From an uncultured Holophaga sp. (GTDB lineage: Bacteria; Acidobacteriota; Holophagae; Holophagales; Holophagaceae): a stretch of DNA of 64,000 nucleotides. Below the pieces are notes generated by a model. The model was not told the origin of the DNA. It saw only the letters and a list, made by a program, of their open reading frames with translations, and did no database searches. The DNA is taken from NCBI GenBank assembly GCA_963664825.1, contig OY761614.1:576001-640000 (forward strand). Direction: 5' to 3'. Both the position numbers and the translations under genes were made by a program. How positions within the stretch are numbered: position 1 is the stretch's first letter; the number at the start of each line of letters is the position of its first letter. Positions 1 through 11,427 of this stretch are shown one piece after another.

Positions 1-1
1 C

Positions 2-1799
<1,798 letters not shown>

Positions 1800-1945
1800 T
1801 TCCTGGAGGGGCCCCGCACTCCGTAACATTCGCAAAAAGTAAGGACTAAGCCCTCAGCCACAGACCTCGTAACATGATGCAGCCCCCGTCCCACACCCTT
1901 GGGTCCGGGCCTTCCTGTTCCGAATATGTGGAAAGGACCCTCGTC

Positions 1946-4198
1946 ATGTCCAAGCCCTCGCCCTTCCCGGTCATCGCGCTGGCCTCCCTGTCCCTGGTCT
2001 CCCTGGAGATCGTGTGGACCCGGATCTTTTCGGCGGAGTTCTACTACATGTTCGCCTTCCTGATCCTGTCCCTGGCGGTGCTGGGGCTGGGCCTCGGAGG
2101 GCTGGCCCTGCGCATCTTCCCGCGCCTTCAAGAGCCTCGGAAGCTGGGGCTGTACCTGCTCCTGACCGCGATACTGGCCCTGGCGAGCCCCATCCTCGTG
2201 CTCCACCTGGGCCTCGAATTCACGCGCGTCTTCTCCGGCTGGGCCATGTTCGGCCGACTGGTATTGACGATCCTCCTGCTCAGTTCGGCCTTCGGCACAG
2301 GGGGTATGGTCCTGTCCCTGCTCTTCCGGGGCCATCACCCGGAGATGCCCCGCCTGTACAGGGCCGATCTCCTGGGGGCCGCCCTCGGCGTCGCCCTCGC
2401 CATCCTGCTCATGAACGGAGTGGGCACCCCCGCCACCACGCTGCTGCTGGCCCTGCCCCTGGCCTTGGCGGCCTTCCTGGCGGGAGGCACCAGGACCAGG
2501 GTCTTGGCCACCCTTGCGGCTCTTAGTGCCATTGCCCTGCTCCCCTATTCGGCCCGCCTCATCGCCAAGCCCCGCCAGAACCACGCCCCCGTCATCTACA
2601 CCCACTGGGATGCCATGGCCCTCATCAAGATCCTGGATTTCCCGGGGGCCCGGGGCATCAATATCGATAACTCTGCCAATACGGCCATCAATGCCTTCGA
2701 CGGGAACGTGGAGACCCTCCGCAGGGAATCCGACCCCTTCATGGTGGATCCCAAGCCCCTGATGGATGCCATGGGTGGCACCTGCACCTTCATGTCCATT
2801 GGTTCCGGTGGCGGCGGCGATGTGCTCATGGCCCTCCAGAACGGGGCCCGGGAGATCCACGCCGTGGAGGTCAACCCCACCATCAATCGCATGCTGACAA
2901 AGGGCGGCATGTACGCAGACTATTCGGGCCGCATCTATGACCGCCCGGAGGTACGGGTCGTCACCGAGGATGCCCGGGCCTATCTGCGGCGCTTCGATGG
3001 CAAATTCGACATCATCTATTCCCTCAGCTCCAACACCTTCGCGGCGCTGGCCAGCGGCGCCTTCGCCCTGGCGGAAAACTACGTCTTCACCTCCGAGGCC
3101 TTCCAGGATTACTACCGGGCCCTGAGCCCTCGGGGCTTCCTGGTGATGGAGCACCAGTTCTACATGCCCCGGGTGGTGAGCGAGGCCCTGGAAGGGATGA
3201 AGCTGAGCGGAGTGACGGATCCCGAAAAGCACATCGCCGTCTATACGCTGCCCGGCCTCCGGCGCCAGGTCCTCGTCCTGGGCAAGGCGCCTCTCAGTCC
3301 GGAGGTCATCCAGGGGGCCTTGAGGGGCCTGGAGACCCGCGATTTCCATAAGATCCACCGGGTCTATCCGAACCCGGATCCCGGGGCCAGCCCCACCATC
3401 TCCCGCATCGTGAAGGAAGGCTGGAGAAAGGTCGGCCGGGATCTGCCCGTGGATATCTCCCCCTCCACCGATGACCGGCCCTTCATCGCCCAACAGGGCC
3501 TCCTGAAGAACGTCCACCTCAAGGCCTTGAAGGCCATCGACCCCATGGAATTCCGGGGCTATCCCCTCTCCAAGCTCATCGTCCTGGCCATCCTGGGGGT
3601 GGTGCTGCTGCTGGTGGTGCCCCTGAACCTGCTGCCCTACCTCCAGAAGGGACCCAAGCTCAAGGCCCGGGGATGGCTGTATTTCTTCGCCATCGGCCTG
3701 GGTTTCATGGCGCTCGAGATCGTCCTGATCCAGCAATACACCCTCTTCATCGGCGCTTCCGCCTATAGCCTGGTGGCGATCCTCTTCACCCTGCTCATCG
3801 GCTCGGGGCTGGGTAGCCGCTTCGCGCCTCGCTTCGGGGGCCGGATCCCATTCCTCGCGATCCTGGCCTGGCTGTTGCTGGATATCCTCCTGTTCGGACA
3901 CATCACCCACGCCGCCGGAACGCTCACGATGCTGCCCCGCATCCTGATCACGGCAATCCTGGTGGCGCCCTTGGGATTTTTCATGGGCATGCCCTTTCCC
4001 CAGGGCGCCTTGCGCGTGGGAGAACTCATCGACTGGGGTTTCGCCGTGAACGGCGCGGCCTCCGTGCTGGGCAGCGCAGCCATCATGCTGGTGAGCTTCA
4101 CCTGGGGCTTCACGGCGGCCCTGGCAGCGGGCGGCGTGGCCTACCTTCTGGCCATGATCCTGGCCACGGGGTCCAATCCATGGGTGCGAGAAGCCTGA
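1946..4198 (+). CDS. Polytopic membrane protein with central class I SAM-dependent (spermidine-synthase-like) domain
   Basis: N- and C-terminal TM bundles flank IGSGGGGDV / EIHAVEVNP / VVTEDAR / FDII motifs; ATG 1946 follows GAAAGGA. Confidence 0.85.
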   Translation: MSKPSPFPVIALASLSLVSLEIVWTRIFSAEFYYMFAFLILSLAVLGLGLGGLALRIFPRLQEPRKLGLYLLLTAILALASPILVLHLGLEFTRVFSGWAMFGRLVLTILLLSSAFGTGGMVLSLLFRGHHPEMPRLYRADLLGAALGVALAILLMNGVGTPATTLLLALPLALAAFLAGGTRTRVLATLAALSAIALLPYSARLIAKPRQNHAPVIYTHWDAMALIKILDFPGARGINIDNSANTAINAFDGNVETLRRESDPFMVDPKPLMDAMGGTCTFMSIGSGGGGDVLMALQNGAREIHAVEVNPTINRMLTKGGMYADYSGRIYDRPEVRVVTEDARAYLRRFDGKFDIIYSLSSNTFAALASGAFALAENYVFTSEAFQDYYRALSPRGFLVMEHQFYMPRVVSEALEGMKLSGVTDPEKHIAVYTLPGLRRQVLVLGKAPLSPEVIQGALRGLETRDFHKIHRVYPNPDPGASPTISRIVKEGWRKVGRDLPVDISPSTDDRPFIAQQGLLKNVHLKALKAIDPMEFRGYPLSKLIVLAILGVVLLLVVPLNLLPYLQKGPKLKARGWLYFFAIGLGFMALEIVLIQQYTLFIGASAYSLVAILFTLLIGSGLGSRFAPRFGGRIPFLAILAWLLLDILLFGHITHAAGTLTMLPRILITAILVAPLGFFMGMPFPQGALRVGELIDWGFAVNGAASVLGSAAIMLVSFTWGFTAALAAGGVAYLLAMILATGSNPWVREA

Positions 4199-4278
4199 TC
4201 GAGGCCCTGCATCATGCGGGGCACAGCCTCGAAGTGCAGGTGGACCTCATGTGGATCGAGGGGGAGGATATCGAGAAT
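4192..4278 (+). pseudogene. Diverged 87-bp copy of an internal pyrG segment (1119-1205)
   Basis: Ungapped manual alignment gives 76/87 identical nt; [29 protein letters not shown] vs pyr[30 protein letters not shown]. Confidence 0.9.
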
Positions 4279-4291
4279 TCGGAAGGCACCC

Positions 4292-4876
4292 TTACAGCTT
4301 CCCTTCCGGCTCGACGCCCTTCCCGATGCTGAACGCCTTACCCAGCGCGCGACCGATCCCGAAATAGTCCTGGTGTGCCGGGTCGAAGATCAGCGGCTGA
4401 ACCTTTTCGAGGTCCGGATTCCCCTTCTCACCGATCACGGATTCCTCCGCCTTCACGTCGAGAATCTCTCCCACGAACAGCGTGTGAAGTCCGATCTCGA
4501 GCGTGTGGAGCAGGCGACATTCCAGGACCAGCGGCGCTTCCGCGACGTATGGCGCGTCCACCAGATCACTGCGCACCGGGTTCAGGTGGCAGGCGGCGAA
4601 CTTGTCCAGGTCGGCCCCGGATGCCATGCCGACGAAATCGGCCATCTTTACCTGCGCTTCCGAGGGGATGCTGAGGGTGAAGGCCTTCCGAGCCTCGATG
4701 GAGGCGTAGCTGTACGTGGCCCTGCGGAGGGAGATGGCGACGCAGGGAGGTTTTCCACAGCAGATCCCTCCCCAGGCCACCGTCATGATATTGGGCTTGC
4801 CCGCCGTATCGAAGGTCCCCACCAGCCAGACGGGAGTCGGCATCGCCAAGGTCTTGGCTCCACAAGATCTTTTCAT
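4292..4876 (-). CDS. Flavin reductase family protein (flavoredoxin-like)
   Basis: PTPVWLVGT, PNIMTVAWGG, APLVLEC, GLHTLFVGEI motifs. Confidence 0.92.
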   Translation of the reverse strand: MKRSCGAKTLAMPTPVWLVGTFDTAGKPNIMTVAWGGICCGKPPCVAISLRRATYSYASIEARKAFTLSIPSEAQVKMADFVGMASGADLDKFAACHLNPVRSDLVDAPYVAEAPLVLECRLLHTLEIGLHTLFVGEILDVKAEESVIGEKGNPDLEKVQPLIFDPAHQDYFGIGRALGKAFSIGKGVEPEGKL

Positions 4877-4969
4877 TTCAAGTTCTCCTCATGGTCGTGG
4901 CCACCAACAGGGCGGACCAGACTTTAGCATCACGTGGGCCGCCGTGAACGCTGCCTGGATTCGTGGAAA

Positions 4970-4997
4970 CGCCCGGGATTCCTTCGAATCCCGGGCG
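4970..4997 (-). terminator. Hairpin downstream of cupin gene
   Basis: CGCCCGGGATT-ccttcg-AATCCCGGGCG inverted repeat followed by a short TTT on the minus strand. Confidence 0.55.
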
Positions 4998-5016
4998 CGA
5001 TGGGGAAACCTCTGGA

Positions 5017-5412
5017 TCAGAGCCAGCTGGGCTTGCCTTCAGCGGGCACACCATCGTTCTGTGTGAACTGGGCCAGGCTCCCCACCTGGGTCTGAATGCA
5101 GACATAGCGGATCGGGCCCTGGGCATCGGCCTTGATGCACCTGGCACCTGCGGGATCCACCCGGATCGCATCGCCTTCGGCCACGAGGAATTCCTCGCCA
5201 TCGAGGTAAAACTGCCCCTTGCCCTTCAGGATGATGTAGACCTCCTCATTCTGCTTGTGGGTGTGGACGAAGGGGACGCTCGCTCCGGCGGGGAGCTCGT
5301 TGATGGAGATCTCGGAGCCTGTGAGTTGCAGCTCGTCATGGAGGGTGACGCGTCCCAGTGTCTGGATATCGCCGATCGAAGTCGTGCCGTAGTTCTTCCC
5401 AGCCTTAGCCAT
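5017..5412 (-). CDS. Cupin domain protein
   Basis: PFVHTHKQNEEVYIILKGKG cupin motif; AGGAGA SD before ATG 5412. Confidence 0.88.
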   Translation of the reverse strand: MAKAGKNYGTTSIGDIQTLGRVTLHDELQLTGSEISINELPAGASVPFVHTHKQNEEVYIILKGKGQFYLDGEEFLVAEGDAIRVDPAGARCIKADAQGPIRYVCIQTQVGSLAQFTQNDGVPAEGKPSWL

Positions 5413-5566
5413 GGATTCTCCTATTGGGTTTTGTGAAGTTCGAGACTCATGTCCCGCTGTTTGTTTGGACGAGGCGCGGGGGGCCACTGTGAAGAGGTAT
5501 GGGAAAATTCTTTGGCACTCCGGGCAGCAGGCGATGAGCCTGGCGATGTCTTCCTGGCCAGGGACA

Positions 5567-6436
5567 TCAGCAGCGGCCGCAGTCGCTACATCCATTGCAG
5601 ATGGGGCGGCTGCCGCAGCGCTCGCACCGGGAGCGGTAATGCGGCACGTAGAGTTCCTCGGGCTCCAGCGGCCTTCCCAGTCCATCCCTCAGGATGAAGT
5701 GGATGGGCCTGCCGGGGCAGCTCATGGCGGATTTCCAGGCCATCTCGCTCTGGATCTGCTTGGTGGGCAGGTGGTAGGAGCGCCCATCCTTGATGAATCG
5801 GGTGCCCGTCTCGATGAAGCTGAAACTCACCCGATGCCGCTGACAGCTCTCGCGCAGTGAGCGGATCCAATGGAAGTCGCAGGGGCGGGAGCCATCGTAG
5901 TTCTCGCCCCCCGCGATGATCTGCTCGATCTGCCCGCTCTCCAGGTAGGGATCCAACTCCAGGGGTCCGATCAGGGGGGCAGCCATGATGCCCTTGTGCC
6001 TGAAGGGAAGCCTCAGCAGGACTGGAATCCGCTCGTCGGCCCTCGCCTGGTTCTCGCAACTGACGTTGAAAAAGATGTTTTCCCAGCCATCCCCCCAATG
6101 GGCGGGAAGGCAGTCCCTCACCCGTTCGGGCCGCTTGGTCAGGAGGAAGAAGCGAACATCGCTGCGCTCCTGCATCATGGCCCAGGCCTCTTCCCGCCAG
6201 GGATCGGCCTCCTCCAGGAAGAAGTCCGAGGTCATGCACACACGGATCAGCTCGCCGCTCTGGATCTTGTAGGCTCCCCGGCGATCTCGCTGGACCGGTG
6301 CCCGGAAGCCGGTCCGGGTCCGGTAGATGTCCGCACCATCCCGGTGCCTGAGTCGATCGAGGGAGAACATGTAGCAGTTCTGGCAGCCTTCGCTCACCTT
6401 CCGGCAGCCATGCCAGGGATTCCAGATGTCATGCAT
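5567..6436 (-). CDS. DUF5131 (phage Gp37/Gp68-like) family protein
   Basis: WNPWHGCRKVSEGCQNCY, CMTSDFF, LLTKRPER, GGEN motifs; Cys-rich C-terminus. Confidence 0.88.
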   Translation of the reverse strand: MHDIWNPWHGCRKVSEGCQNCYMFSLDRLRHRDGADIYRTRTGFRAPVQRDRRGAYKIQSGELIRVCMTSDFFLEEADPWREEAWAMMQERSDVRFFLLTKRPERVRDCLPAHWGDGWENIFFNVSCENQARADERIPVLLRLPFRHKGIMAAPLIGPLELDPYLESGQIEQIIAGGENYDGSRPCDFHWIRSLRESCQRHRVSFSFIETGTRFIKDGRSYHLPTKQIQSEMAWKSAMSCPGRPIHFILRDGLGRPLEPEELYVPHYRSRCERCGSRPICNGCSDCGRC

Positions 6437-6451
6437 CCCGGTCCTCGCAGG

Positions 6452-7303
6452 TCATGAGTCCAGGTTCTGATCAAAATGGGGCTCGAGGGAATCGATCAAG
6501 CGTTTGGCGAAATCGATGGAGGAGGCCCGGGGCTGGGTCGTCCGATGCACCTGGAGGGCCCACTGGGCCTTGTCCACCTTCCGGATGATCGCCCGGGTCT
6601 GCTCAAAGGAAGACGCTTTCGCCGCCAAGGTGCAGGCCTCTGCCTGGAGACGGCCCGACTTCAGGGCGCCGGGGACCTGGCGATTGCATCGGCAGGGCGC
6701 CTGGTCCGAGACCAGGCCGCAGTAGGACTTGGTGAAGCGTACAATGGCAGCGCGGGCCAATTGCAGCCGTTTCCGGAACAGCTCCGGTGGGATCTCCAGC
6801 ACCTCGGCGGCCTCCGGCCCAGGCAGCTCCAGGATCTCACCCAGCACGTAAGCCATCCGCTGGGATCGGTCCAGGCACTGGAGCATGCCAAGCGTGCATC
6901 CGACCTTGACCTCCTCAATGAGCAGGGATTGTTCGGATTCCGGCAGCACATCCTGGCTTGGCACTTCGGAGAGGCCCTCGGCCAGGCGTACGAAGCTCAT
7001 GTTGAGCCGCTCCGCCGCGCTCTTCTTCATGTCCAGGATGTAGTTCACCGCCACACGGTAGGCCCAGGTCCGCACGGAGCTTCGGCCATCGAACCGGGAG
7101 AGGCGAGTGACAATCCGGACCAGGATCTCCTGGGTGGCGTCCTCGGCCTCCTCCCGGTTGGCCAACATCCGGAGCGATAGTCCGTAGAGATTCCCCTGGA
7201 GAGCCTGGACGAAGGCATTGACAGCCTCTCGGTCCCCCGCAACGGCGCGCTTGACAGTCAATGCAAGGTCGCTTGCGCCTGGATCGCTTTCATCGGCCTT
7301 CAT
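6452..7303 (-). CDS. ECF RNA polymerase sigma factor with Cys-containing C-terminal extension
   Basis: AEDATQEI, FDGRSSVRTWAYRVAVN (region 2), region 4 HTH FRKRLQLAR, tail YCGLV...CRC; start uncertain (7303 or 7330). Confidence 0.88.
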   Translation of the reverse strand: MKADESDPGASDLALTVKRAVAGDREAVNAFVQALQGNLYGLSLRMLANREEAEDATQEILVRIVTRLSRFDGRSSVRTWAYRVAVNYILDMKKSAAERLNMSFVRLAEGLSEVPSQDVLPESEQSLLIEEVKVGCTLGMLQCLDRSQRMAYVLGEILELPGPEAAEVLEIPPELFRKRLQLARAAIVRFTKSYCGLVSDQAPCRCNRQVPGALKSGRLQAEACTLAAKASSFEQTRAIIRKVDKAQWALQVHRTTQPRASSIDFAKRLIDSLEPHFDQNLDS

Positions 7304-7453
7304 ATGCCACCTTCTTTCTGCCGCTGGCATCCCCCTTCAGAGGACGGGAACGAGCTCTGGCCAAGATGATAATTGGTCATCGGCGGACTGGAAGGATTCC
7401 CTGTCCCCCTTCCCCCTTTCTTTTGGGAGAATGGAAGATTCTCGAGGTGATTC

Positions 7454-9433
7454 TTGACATTCGCTGCCACCAATCTTGACAAGCTCTGCATCGGCACCAT
7501 CCGCTGCCTCGCCATGGACGCGATCCAGAAGGCCAATAGCGGCCACCCCGGCGCCCCCATGGGCCAGGCTTCTGCGGCCTACGTGCTGTGGACCCAATTC
7601 CTCAAGCACAATCCGCTCAATTCCCACTGGGCCGACCGGGACCGCTTCGTCCTCAGCTGCGGCCACGCCTCCATGCTGGAATACAGCCTGCTGCACCTAG
7701 CGGGCTACGGGCTGGAACTGGAGGACCTCAAGCAGTTCCGCCAGTGGGGCTCCAAGACGCCCGGGCATCCCGAATACGGGCACACGACCGGCGTCGAGAC
7801 CACCACGGGGCCCCTGGGCCAGGGCTTCGGCAACGCCGTGGGCATGGCCATCGCCGAACGCTGGCTGGCGGCGCGCTTCAACCGCCCCGGCCACCGGATC
7901 CTGGACCATCGCACCTACGCCTTCGCGGGCGACGGCTGCCTGATGGAGGGGATCACCTACGAGGCCGCCAGCCTGGCGGGCCACCTGGGCCTGGAGAAGC
8001 TCATCGTCCTCTGGGACGACAACCGGATCACCATCGAGGGCAGCACAGACATCGCATTCACCGAGAATGTGCCCAAGCGCTTCGAGGCGATGGGCTGGCG
8101 CGTGCTGAAGGTCGAGGATGGCGAGGACCTGACGGCCCTCCACGAGGCCTTCCAGACCGCCCAGGAGCCCTGCGGCAAGCCCACCCTCATCGACTGCCGC
8201 ACCATCATCGGCTGGCCCGCCCCCACCAAGCAGAACACCCACAACGCCCACGGAGCCCCCCTGGGAGCCGAAGAGATCAAGGCCACCAAGCGCATCCTGG
8301 GCTTCGATCCCGAGGCCTCCTTCTGTGTACCTGCCGAGGCCCTGGCCCATTGGCGCCAGTGCCAGGACAGGGGCGCGCAGTGGGAGGCCGATTGGAACAA
8401 GCGCTTCGAGGCCTACCGCAAGGCCTTCCCCGTAGAGGCCAAGGAACTCGACGCCTTCCTCAACGGCGAACTGCCCGTGGACTGGGAAGGGGCGCTGCCT
8501 TCATACGCCGTGACCGAGAAGGCGGCCACCCGCGAGACCGGCGGCCAGGTCCTCAACGCCCTGGCTTCGGTGATCCCCAACCTCATCGGCGGCAGCGCCG
8601 ATCTGGCCCCCTCCAATAACACCAATCTCAAGGGGGGCGGAACCTTCAGCCCCACGGAATCCGGACGCAACTTCCACTTCGGCATCCGCGAACACGCCAT
8701 GGGGGCCATCCTCAATGGCATGAGCCTGCACGGCGGCCTGCGCGTCTTCGGCGCCACCTTCCTCATCTTCAGCGACTACATGCGCCCCAGCGTGCGTTTG
8801 GCCTCCCTGATGAAGCAGCCCGTCACCTACGTCTGGACCCACGATAGCATCGGCGTGGGCGAGGACGGTCCCACCCACCAGCCCATCGAGCAGATCATGA
8901 CGCTGCGCATGATCCCGGGCATGACCCTGATCCGCCCCGCAGACGCCAATGAGACCGTGGCGGCCTGGAAGGCCTGCATGACCTCCAAGGGCCCCGTGGG
9001 ACTGGCCCTCACCCGCCAGAAACTGCCCGTACTGGATCCCGCCAAGGCTGTGATGGCCTCCAAGGGCGCCTACATCCTGGAAGAAGCCAGCGCCGCGCCC
9101 AGGCTCATCCTCATCGGCTCGGGCTCCGAAGTGCATCTGGCCGTGGAAGCCCGCAAGGTGCTTGAAGCCCAGGGCATCCCCACCCGGGTCGTCTCCATGC
9201 CCAGCTGGGAGCTCTTCGAGGCCCAGCCCCAGAGCTATCGCCAGGACGTGCTGCCCCCGGCCCTTCAGGCCCGGGTTTCCATCGAGGCCGGCATCACCAC
9301 GGGCTGGCAGCGCTACGCCAGCACCTGCATCGGCCTGGATCACTTCGGCGCCAGCGCGCCGGCCGAGATCCTCTTCGAGAAGTTCGGCCTCACTGTCGAG
9401 AAGGTGGTCGAAGCCGCCAGGCATCTGGTCTAG
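7454..9433 (+). CDS. tkt: Transketolase
   Basis: [46 protein letters not shown] start after GAGGTG. Confidence 0.98.
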   Translation: MTFAATNLDKLCIGTIRCLAMDAIQKANSGHPGAPMGQASAAYVLWTQFLKHNPLNSHWADRDRFVLSCGHASMLEYSLLHLAGYGLELEDLKQFRQWGSKTPGHPEYGHTTGVETTTGPLGQGFGNAVGMAIAERWLAARFNRPGHRILDHRTYAFAGDGCLMEGITYEAASLAGHLGLEKLIVLWDDNRITIEGSTDIAFTENVPKRFEAMGWRVLKVEDGEDLTALHEAFQTAQEPCGKPTLIDCRTIIGWPAPTKQNTHNAHGAPLGAEEIKATKRILGFDPEASFCVPAEALAHWRQCQDRGAQWEADWNKRFEAYRKAFPVEAKELDAFLNGELPVDWEGALPSYAVTEKAATRETGGQVLNALASVIPNLIGGSADLAPSNNTNLKGGGTFSPTESGRNFHFGIREHAMGAILNGMSLHGGLRVFGATFLIFSDYMRPSVRLASLMKQPVTYVWTHDSIGVGEDGPTHQPIEQIMTLRMIPGMTLIRPADANETVAAWKACMTSKGPVGLALTRQKLPVLDPAKAVMASKGAYILEEASAAPRLILIGSGSEVHLAVEARKVLEAQGIPTRVVSMPSWELFEAQPQSYRQDVLPPALQARVSIEAGITTGWQRYASTCIGLDHFGASAPAEILFEKFGLTVEKVVEAARHLV

Positions 9434-9445
9434 CTTCCTTCCCTT

Positions 9446-9475
9446 TCCCCTGGAGCTTCGAGGCTCCGGGGGGAA
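9446..9475 (+). terminator. Hairpin after tkt (no clear U-tract)
   Basis: TCCCCTGGAGC-ttcgag-GCTCCGGGGG inverted repeat with G-U pairs. Confidence 0.4.
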
Positions 9476-9481
9476 TGGGAG

Positions 9482-10435
9482 ATGCCCATGCACGCCGCGA
9501 CCCTCGTTCTGTGCCTTGCCGCCCTTACCCTTGGGGCCCAGGAGACGCCCCGCCCCAACCGGGTGGCCTGGCTGGAAGTCTTTCCAGAGCCCCTGCCGGA
9601 TGGCACTCGGCAGATCACCCTGGAGATGACCAGCCAGTTCCTCCGGCCGGACTTCGAACAGAGTGCGGATGGCCGCACGGCCGCCCGCCTGGACGGCGAG
9701 GAATGGCAGCTCATGGAAGACCTCCCCATCGCCCTGGGCCCCGGTATCCTCAATGTCCGCCTCCGGGTCGCCCATCGTAGCGGGGGCGTCGCCGATCAGC
9801 TCCTCCAGTCCTGGCACAGGCTGCTGGGCACGGATACAGGCGGCCGGGATCTGGCGCCCAAGGGGCGCCTGAGCTATGACCTGGAAAGGGATGGCGTGCT
9901 CGTCGCCCGTCTGGATCGCCCCGGCCTCCATCTGCTGGATACCGATATCGCCTATGTCCTGCCCTGGGGGCACCCGGCTTCGGGGGGGCGACTGGGCGTC
10001 TCCCTGCAGCTTCCCACCGGCCAGCGGGAGGACTTCTCCGGCAGCGGAGGCCTGGATGGCACCCTGGGCCTAGCGGCCTGGAAGGCCTTCGGGATCTGGC
10101 GCCTCCATGCTCAGGCCGAACGGGTCGTCATCGGCCTTCCCGAGGGCAGCCCCTACCGCGCCGTCCTGGAACACCGGGCCTTCAACCGCGCCTGGGCCGG
10201 TTTCGGCTTCCAGGGCCGGGGACCGGGATTCTGGAAGGGCCTGGGCCTGGATATCACCCTGGCCTATGAGGCGAGCCCCTACCGGGTGGAAATCCCGCGC
10301 ATCGATCGCGCCGGTTGGCAGCAGCACTGGACCTTCAGCCACACGGCGATGCCGAACTGGCGCCTGGGTTTCAGCGAAGAGGCCGGGACCTACACGGCCC
10401 CCGATATCACGGCCTTCGTCTCGCGCAGTTTTTAA
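9482..10435 (+). CDS. Exported/outer-membrane protein, DUF3187-like
   Basis: Signal peptide; SGGVADQLLQSWH and LPTG...SGSG motifs; C-terminal Phe. Confidence 0.65.
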   Translation: MPMHAATLVLCLAALTLGAQETPRPNRVAWLEVFPEPLPDGTRQITLEMTSQFLRPDFEQSADGRTAARLDGEEWQLMEDLPIALGPGILNVRLRVAHRSGGVADQLLQSWHRLLGTDTGGRDLAPKGRLSYDLERDGVLVARLDRPGLHLLDTDIAYVLPWGHPASGGRLGVSLQLPTGQREDFSGSGGLDGTLGLAAWKAFGIWRLHAQAERVVIGLPEGSPYRAVLEHRAFNRAWAGFGFQGRGPGFWKGLGLDITLAYEASPYRVEIPRIDRAGWQQHWTFSHTAMPNWRLGFSEEAGTYTAPDITAFVSRSF

Positions 10436-10438
10436 TGT

Positions 10439-11374
10439 TCAGAAGCCCCACAGGGCCAGCCTCGCTTCACCCCAAGCCTTCCAACCACCCGGCAATCTCC
10501 CGCTGGTTTGGCAATGACCCGCACCCGCCACCACGGTGAGGTCCGGGTGATGGCGCGCGATCCGTCTCACACCCTCCAGGGGTGTCTCTGGATCCGCATC
10601 CCCTGTTACCAGGGCGATGGGTGTGCCGAGTGAATCCGCCGCCCGGGCGGGCGAGACTTCGCTGGGATCAAAGGCGGCGAGTCTGCCAGCCCGCCGCAGG
10701 GCCACCCACTCGGCGGGCCTCGCCAGGCATTCGAAGGAGCCCAATACCAGTCTCAGATGGTTCTTGGCTGCCTGGCCGATATCCTCGTACGGGCACTCCA
10801 GCAGCGCACCCGCCAGGGGCGCCCCGGTCTTCTCCAGATCCGAGAGGGCGAGAAGGGCCACGCCGGCGCCCTGGCTCCAGGCCGCAATGAGGACCTGCGA
10901 CCGTGCCACCCCCATGGCCTCCAGACGCTTCACCACCGCCACCACATCCGCGCGCTCCCACCCCCCGAGCGTGCAAGGAACCTCGGGATGTAGGTCCCGA
11001 CCACGAAAAGTGAAGCCCACCGCATCCCATTCCGGAAGCTCCGCGGCCCGGCCGATAGTGCCCCACATGTCATCTCCGAAGCCATGGAGATAGATCACCA
11101 CACCCTTCGGATGCGGACGATGGAGATGCCAGATCTCCAATGCACGTCCCTCGCCACCCTTCAGCTCCGCATGCGTCCAATGGGCCCCTGGCGTGAGGAG
11201 CTTCCCGCGCACATCGTCCCGGTGGGTCTCGCTACGAACAGGCACAGGTGCGTTGAGAAGCATGGGAGGCAGCAGCCAGTGACCCACCGCGACATTGACC
11301 AGGAGCCAGAGGGCGAGAATCGCAGCGGATGAAAGGGCGAGGAGGCGGCGCATTCCATCGATACGCCCAGCCAC
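10439..11374 (-). CDS. Alpha/beta hydrolase with N-terminal TM anchor
   Basis: YLHGFGD oxyanion motif, AWSQG nucleophile, TGDAD Asp, GAGH His; start could be 11353. Confidence 0.85.
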   Translation of the reverse strand: MAGRIDGMRRLLALSSAAILALWLLVNVAVGHWLLPPMLLNAPVPVRSETHRDDVRGKLLTPGAHWTHAELKGGEGRALEIWHLHRPHPKGVVIYLHGFGDDMWGTIGRAAELPEWDAVGFTFRGRDLHPEVPCTLGGWERADVVAVVKRLEAMGVARSQVLIAAWSQGAGVALLALSDLEKTGAPLAGALLECPYEDIGQAAKNHLRLVLGSFECLARPAEWVALRRAGRLAAFDPSEVSPARAADSLGTPIALVTGDADPETPLEGVRRIARHHPDLTVVAGAGHCQTSGRLPGGWKAWGEARLALWGF

Positions 11375-11427
11375 CCCATTCGTTTACCTTATTCACCCTG
11401 TCTAAAAACGGCGGATTTTCGCCGTTT

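Noticed and set aside
1822..1875. CGTAACAT direct repeat (1822, 1868) upstream of the spermidine-synthase-like gene
   Set aside because: Only 8 bp, 46 apart, with no matching -10 partner; too weak to call
5567..6436. Prophage, suggested by the Gp37/Gp68-like gene
   Set aside because: No integrase, structural or other phage genes nearby
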